This document shows positions 58,800 through 64,000 of a stretch of DNA of 64,000 nt, piece by piece; the stretch's first letter is position 1, and every line of letters begins with the position of its first letter. The DNA is taken from positions 62,001 to 126,000 of IMG/VR virus record IMGVR_UViG_3300044712_000810; one strand, 5' to 3'. The translations under genes were made by a program, and so were the position numbers. A model generated the notes under the pieces. It saw only the letters and a list, made by a program, of their open reading frames with translations. It was not told where the DNA came from and made no database searches.

Positions 58800-60848
58800 T
58801 TAAGCAATTGTTTCGGCGCTACGTACGATAACACGAATGTTACGAGCTTCTGTAAGATCAACAACAAGTGAATTATCATTGCTAAGAGTAATACCAACAA
58901 GGTCATTCTTCCAAAGGTTATCATCGTCTTTTACGAATACTGATACTTCAACATAAGCTGTACCAAGGTTGTGAGTAATTGTGTGTGAAGTTGCTTGAGT
59001 TGTTGTTTCAGTTTTGTAAACTTGTGCGTTAACATTAGACTTAAATGTTGCAACTGCATCAGCTGTTGTTTTAAGTTGAGTATCAAGAGCTGTAATACCA
59101 CTCTTAATAGTTGTTGAAGAATCAAGATAGTTCGAACCAGACCAAGCATTGAATGTGCCATTGCTATTAAGACCAACAGCAGTTTCAACTGAGTTAACTT
59201 CTGTTTGAACGGCAGCATTATTATCAGAATTGATTTTTGCTTGACCATCAAGTGCAGTAAGAGCATTGGCGATGCTTGTTGTTGAACCAAGATAGTTTGT
59301 TCCTGATGGTGCACTATATGAACCATCAATATTTAAACCAGCAGCGAGTTCAATAGCATTAACTTCATTTTGTACTGATGTAATTGTAGCAATTGTAGCA
59401 TCAGAAACTTTTAAGCCGTTTGAACTACGTGAAAGTGTTGTTCCATCAAGTTTAACAGCTAATTGTGCTGATGTATCAGTAGATGCTGCGATACCATCAA
59501 CAGTTAAGAATAAACCACCAGTATTTAAGTTTTCGATACCAACTTCGCCAGTAGGAAGTTCTGCAATACCAGCGCCAAGAAGAACAGACATTGTGTTGCC
59601 AGATTTTGTAAGACCAACACCAGCTGTGATTTGACCAGCACCTGAGAATTGTGTCCAATCAATAGGATCTGTACCAACAACAATTGCGCCATCTGAAGTT
59701 ACAACCCAACCAGAGTCGGCGTTAACTGTACCTTCTTGTACGAATGTAAAGATACCACCCTTAACTTCACTTGAAGGAGTTCCATCAGTATCAAGTGCAC
59801 GTGTCCATGCACCAGATTTAGCAACATAAATACCGTTGTCTTTAGCAGCAGTTTGGTTTTTAACAAGAACACGGTCGTTCGCAACAAGAGTAACACCGTC
59901 TACAGAAATAAGACCTGAAAGAGCTGATAAGTTACCAGTTGTTGCTGCACGAACTGCGTCTTTTACAATAAGACCTTGTGCTGTAGCATCAACATATGCT
60001 TTTGTGGCAGCATCTTGATCATTAACTGGATCTTTAAGATTGGTAATGGCAAAACCGCCCATTCCAATATCACCAGTCATTGTACCACCAGAACGTGCAA
60101 GAGCAGCCTGAGCGATTACATCGGTTGCTTTAAGTTGTGTGTCAAGTTTGCTATCTGCATCTTTTAATGATGCTGCTGTTCCAAGATAATTTGTACCTGT
60201 TGGAGCTGTATATGAACCGTTAGCATTAAGACCAGCACCAGTTTCGATTGCGTCGAGTTCTGTTTGTTGTGCTGTTTGATTTGCAATACGAGCATCATAA
60301 TCAGCTTTTACTTGTGTATCAAGTGCAACTAATGCAGCTTTAACAGTTGTTGCTGAACCAACGTAGTTAGCACCAACTGGAGCAGACCAGTTACCAGATG
60401 AATCAAGACCAACACCAGCTTCAATATTGTCAATTTCAGTTTGAATTGCTGCAAGGCTACCAGAACCAATGTCATTAATTGCTTTTGAGTTTGCATCAAT
60501 TTGTTCAACGATTGAGTCAAGAGATACATCAAGTTTACCAGCTGAAACACTGAATACACCATTAGTACCAGCAAAACCATCATAACCAACAAGTGATGCA
60601 CCAGATGAACCTACTGTCTCTGCTGCAATTGATGTTACAAATGCATCAAATTCTTCAAATGTAGCAAACGAACGAATAACAACGTTACTACCAACAACGG
60701 TAGACATTTTAAGACGTTTACTAATTGAGTTGAACCAAACACGACCTGCAACAGATACTGATGGATCAACTGAAAGTGATTCCATCATGGCGTTCTTAAT
60801 ATAACCGCCACCAGCAATCGTCAAACCATGACTTTTTGGAAATGCCAT
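58800..60848 (-). CDS. Fibre / whisker-like virion protein
   Basis: KDPVNDQDAATKAYVD, DGVTLVANDRVLVKNQT..DNGIYV..AWTRALD domain; four GLxxxG..NY..LDxQxK repeats; strong codon bias. Confidence 0.75.
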   Translation of the reverse strand: MAFPKSHGLTIAGGGYIKNAMMESLSVDPSVSVAGRVWFNSISKRLKMSTVVGSNVVIRSFATFEEFDAFVTSIAAETVGSSGASLVGYDGFAGTNGVFSVSAGKLDVSLDSIVEQIDANSKAINDIGSGSLAAIQTEIDNIEAGVGLDSSGNWSAPVGANYVGSATTVKAALVALDTQVKADYDARIANQTAQQTELDAIETGAGLNANGSYTAPTGTNYLGTAASLKDADSKLDTQLKATDVIAQAALARSGGTMTGDIGMGGFAITNLKDPVNDQDAATKAYVDATAQGLIVKDAVRAATTGNLSALSGLISVDGVTLVANDRVLVKNQTAAKDNGIYVAKSGAWTRALDTDGTPSSEVKGGIFTFVQEGTVNADSGWVVTSDGAIVVGTDPIDWTQFSGAGQITAGVGLTKSGNTMSVLLGAGIAELPTGEVGIENLNTGGLFLTVDGIAASTDTSAQLAVKLDGTTLSRSSNGLKVSDATIATITSVQNEVNAIELAAGLNIDGSYSAPSGTNYLGSTTSIANALTALDGQAKINSDNNAAVQTEVNSVETAVGLNSNGTFNAWSGSNYLDSSTTIKSGITALDTQLKTTADAVATFKSNVNAQVYKTETTTQATSHTITHNLGTAYVEVSVFVKDDDNLWKNDLVGITLSNDNSLVVDLTEARNIRVIVRSAETIA

Positions 60849-60906
60849 AATCTTCTCCTATTATTTAATATTAACATAAATAACAACATATTACCTACAC
60901 AATATA

Positions 60907-61281
60907 TTAAAGTGGAAAAAGTTTTCTTATAGTGATTTTTACGTTTGAGGATTCAGTTAACCAAATTTCAATAACATTATTACTAATAAATTCAACGGAA
61001 ACAGTATCTTTTGCCCACCTTAATGACTCTGGATCTTGGACTAAAACGTCCACTTGTAAATCGTAAGTGCCAAGATTATGATTAACACTATGCATGACAC
61101 TTGGAATAACCGATTCATATTTAATACATTTTGTACGTTCGTACAATTCTTCAACAACTCCATCAATATAACTAGACTGGAAATGATTAAACTGATTTGT
61201 TACTTCAATATTACTGTCTCGTAAAACACTTTTCCATGTCTGCCCCGGTGTATTTGAAATTTTGATTTGAAGTTTACTCAT
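60907..61281 (-). CDS. Small virion protein similar to the C-terminus of the adjacent fibre
   Basis: VNHNLGTYDLQVDVLVQD..WAKD..NNVIEIWLTESSNVKITIR versus ITHNLGTAYVEVSVFVKD..WKND..DNSLVVDLTEARNIRVIVR. Confidence 0.7.
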   Translation of the reverse strand: MSKLQIKISNTPGQTWKSVLRDSNIEVTNQFNHFQSSYIDGVVEELYERTKCIKYESVIPSVMHSVNHNLGTYDLQVDVLVQDPESLRWAKDTVSVEFISNNVIEIWLTESSNVKITIRKLFPL

Positions 61282-61297
61282 TACGATACTCCATAAG

Positions 61298-62620
61298 TTA
61301 TTGGCCTAAATACTTTTTAGCATCTATGTCCATATTATCTAAATCAAGAACCTTAAGGGCAAAATACTCGGCACTATCTTTTCTGCCACTTTTCTGAAAT
61401 ACTCGAAAAATATTTTTAATGATAGACTTATTACCTTCACCAAATTTACCATTTATAGCTAATGCCTTTTCCAAAAAACTAGAAGAACTTTTAAATTCTC
61501 CACCTTCAGCATAAGCCATTGCAATATTATAATATAAACCTTCATCATTCTTCTTAATTGTTATTGCTTTTTCATATTCACGGATAGCATCACGCCATTT
61601 ACCCTGTTTACGATAAATTATTCCAAGTTTATTAAATACTTCAATATCGCTATCTTCATACTCATTATTTCTATATGCAATAGCTCTTGAATAATATTTA
61701 AGTGCAAGATCTGGATTCTTTTCTTCTGTCATTTCTGCAATCTTTTTAACCAAAACAACAATTTCATGAATAGCATCTTGCGCTGCTAATTTAATCGCTT
61801 CATTAAAATATGACTCAGCAACATCAACTTTACCAAGATCAAGATTTATTTTACCAATTTGCATTTTTCGTTGTGTATTTAAAGGAGATAATCGTTCTAA
61901 TTTATTTAGATATTTTAAAACTTTGTCTGTATCGTTTTTAACAGAATAAGCTTCCGCAAGCTTCTTAATCGGTTCTAAATATAATACCGATTGTCTATGC
62001 GCAAGATCATAATATTCAATAGCTTTATCCGGGTTATTTAAATGATAAAGTTCAATATCACCATATAAAATATTTCCAGTCGGTGAATTAGGTTTTTTAC
62101 TGAGTATTTGTTCGACAATTAATTGAGCGACATCATATTTTCCAAATTCCATATTAGTTTTAGCTTTATCAATAAGTTCACTCAATTCACCGTGTGGTTC
62201 TATAACATTCGATAATTTTTCAACAAGAACATCAACAGAAACTGGTTTAATTACAAAATTTTTAGCACCAAGTTCATGATAAAGTGCTAATATATTTTTA
62301 TGAGTCTCTGTAGTAACTATAATGGTTTTAACATTTTTAAAATTTGATGAAATAGTTCCCAAAATTGAAGTTACAAAACTATTTGAAAAAATCATATCAA
62401 ACACAAAAATGATATTATTACTATCACATCGTTTAAGTTTTGAATACAAGTCAAGATCATTTGATGCAAATATAATTCGATCTAAAGTTGCACCAATATA
62501 CTTAGTTACTGTAATTTTTAATAATTTGAAAAAACTACTATTTTCACCAAGATAAAATATATATCCATTATTTGAATGAAGATAATCGAAAACTGCTTTG
62601 TCGTATTTAGTGTTTTTCAT
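61298..62620 (-). CDS. Response-regulator receiver + TPR protein
   Basis: Receiver: FVFDM (Asp), VTTE, GAKNFVIKPVS; multiple TPRs including FNKLGIIYRKQGKWRDAIREYEKA and YYNIAMAY. Confidence 0.8.
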   Translation of the reverse strand: MKNTKYDKAVFDYLHSNNGYIFYLGENSSFFKLLKITVTKYIGATLDRIIFASNDLDLYSKLKRCDSNNIIFVFDMIFSNSFVTSILGTISSNFKNVKTIIVTTETHKNILALYHELGAKNFVIKPVSVDVLVEKLSNVIEPHGELSELIDKAKTNMEFGKYDVAQLIVEQILSKKPNSPTGNILYGDIELYHLNNPDKAIEYYDLAHRQSVLYLEPIKKLAEAYSVKNDTDKVLKYLNKLERLSPLNTQRKMQIGKINLDLGKVDVAESYFNEAIKLAAQDAIHEIVVLVKKIAEMTEEKNPDLALKYYSRAIAYRNNEYEDSDIEVFNKLGIIYRKQGKWRDAIREYEKAITIKKNDEGLYYNIAMAYAEGGEFKSSSSFLEKALAINGKFGEGNKSIIKNIFRVFQKSGRKDSAEYFALKVLDLDNMDIDAKKYLGQ

Positions 62621-62623
62621 CGA

Positions 62624-63088
62624 TTATCCTCCATCAGTCATTCTACGTAACTCTGTAAGTATATCTCTTACTTTGTCCGCATCTCCATCGATATCTGTAC
62701 GACGTCTTGACATTGTTTGATGAGGACTGTGAACATCACCAAGAAAAATACTTTTCTTCAACGTAGACACGTCAGCTTCTATTTCACTAACTTTGCTTAA
62801 AATGGTTTGTTGATTTGTAATAATATTATCAACTTTACCTGTTAAAAGTTTCAAATCATCTGAAACTTCTTTGACTTCGCTTTGGTTGTTTTCAACTAAA
62901 TGTTTAGTAACCTCAGTATCAACACTTATAGTTCTAACACTTGCTTCGGTTTTATCAAATGTCAATCTCCATCGAAATTTTAATTCGAATATAAGGGCAA
63001 CTAGCGGAGCCATGCAAGTAATCAGAACCCAAGAAATACCTTGCCAAAACGTCACTGAAAATATTTCTTCTTTTATTGGAAATTCCAT
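62624..63088 (-). CDS. Membrane protein with coiled coil
   Basis: TM GISWVLITCMAPLVALIF followed by a heptad-rich region. Confidence 0.65.
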   Translation of the reverse strand: MEFPIKEEIFSVTFWQGISWVLITCMAPLVALIFELKFRWRLTFDKTEASVRTISVDTEVTKHLVENNQSEVKEVSDDLKLLTGKVDNIITNQQTILSKVSEIEADVSTLKKSIFLGDVHSPHQTMSRRRTDIDGDADKVRDILTELRRMTDGG

Positions 63089-63090
63089 AT

Positions 63091-63420
63091 TTAATTACCC
63101 GCATTACAATTTTTATCAATCTCTGTTAAAATCAATTTATATGCATTTGGCACATGGTCCGATTTTCTCACATAAGTTTGAATTGCCCTTGGCGAATTCA
63201 ATGGATCAGACTTTTTAACACCGGTTAATTTCTCAAATACAATCTCATCAATACATAAATATATTTGTTCAGATTGTGCGGCTCTACTTTTTATTTGATC
63301 GTTAATATTTTTTGTAACTTGTTTACCATGTATACTATAATATAGCACACATATAAATAAACTTAAAATAGTCAATATAGATCCTATGTAACGTGTCATA
63401 TACACTCCATTAGTAAACAA
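63091..63420 (-). CDS. Single-pass membrane protein
   Basis: IGSILTILSLFICVLYYSI. Confidence 0.6.
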   Translation of the reverse strand: MFTNGVYMTRYIGSILTILSLFICVLYYSIHGKQVTKNINDQIKSRAAQSEQIYLCIDEIVFEKLTGVKKSDPLNSPRAIQTYVRKSDHVPNAYKLILTEIDKNCNAGN

Positions 63421-64000
63421 CTATATCATCAGTGAGTATAAGTTTAGAATATCCTAAATAATGAATTCTATTTAAATTCATACTTATAACACTGGTTGTA
63501 TTAAAAACTTGTGGAGTAACCGGTTTTCCATTGACTAATTTAATTAAAATATCACCAGCTTCTTCACCCATTTTTGAAAAAAATGGACCCACACAAGTTG
63601 ATAATCCAATTTTTGCAAATAGTGGATTTATACTAACTTCAAGATGTCTATTATTATGTTTTAATAATTCTTTAATAATTTCTTCTTTGCTTAATGTTTT
63701 CCCAGTCTCAAAGTTAAGTAATCTTTGTGCGGTGAGCATTATTAAACCAGATGGTTTACTTTGTAATTCATTAAGTGCTTTTTTAAATTGATGTAAAGTT
63801 TCACATTTAATAATGACTGGAGTTTCATTCATACTTTTTAAAATATTTCTATATTCATTAGCTATATATGTACTAGTTTCAGAACCATCGTCCGTTATAA
63901 TATAATATTTATCAATAACAACATTATGTTTCTTTAACATTTTAAAATAAGCAGTCATATTTGGAACTTCACATACACCGTATAAATTTTTAAGATTTAA
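63410..64000 (-). CDS. ABC substrate-binding-like sensor domain protein (partial; frame open to right edge)
   Basis: Frame open upstream of the track ATG (LNLKNLYGVCEVPNM); GEEAGDILIKLVNGKPV..VISMNLNRIHYLG resembles the ABC_sub_bind C-terminus. Confidence 0.5.
   Translation of the reverse strand, partial: LNLKNLYGVCEVPNMTAYFKMLKKHNVVIDKYYIITDDGSETSTYIANEYRNILKSMNETPVIIKCETLHQFKKALNELQSKPSGLIMLTAQRLLNFETGKTLSKEEIIKELLKHNNRHLEVSINPLFAKIGLSTCVGPFFSKMGEEAGDILIKLVNGKPVTPQVFNTTSVISMNLNRIHYLGYSKLILTDDIVVY

Noticed and set aside
1-64000. Stop-codon reassignment, as found in some jumbo phages
   Set aside because: Genes tile densely in code 11, conserved proteins are uninterrupted, and TAA, TAG and TGA are all used as stops.
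1-64000. tRNA or rRNA genes
   Set aside because: Intergenic gaps are short and I saw no cloverleaf or T-loop signature by eye; tRNAscan-SE would be decisive.

Overview
AT-rich segment of a large (jumbo-type) T4-like myovirus genome read in the standard genetic code, with nearly all genes on the minus strand. Recognisable modules: head (major capsid, prohead protease, portal, terminase large subunit); baseplate/tail (gp6-, gp7-, gp25-, gp26/51-, gp48-, gp53-, gp15-like, a tube-like protein, and a tape measure protein with lytic transglycosylase and M15 peptidase domains); two fibre genes; replication/recombination (DnaB-like helicase, RecA/UvsX, Cas4-like nuclease); a plus-strand MoxR-AAA + metallopeptidase/VWA pair; a PrsW-like intramembrane protease; and signalling genes (PAS-HD-GYP phosphodiesterase, receiver-TPR protein, ABC substrate-binding-like sensor). 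Features these calls do not explain: (1) a probable programmed +1 frameshift at TTT-TTT-C in the gp26/51-like gene, giving access to a start-less 78-codon frame; (2) a 15-bp dyad motif TTTCATATAGAAATA upstream of all four plus-strand units and two non-structural minus-strand genes; (3) paralogous small proteins ending in a PEP-CTERM-like tail (PAP + hydrophobic helix + RRR), in the same genome as a PrsW/CPBP-type protease; (4) widespread N-terminal [LIV]-x-E motifs suggesting many prohead-protease-processed internal proteins. All protein family calls come from remembered motifs, not database searches.
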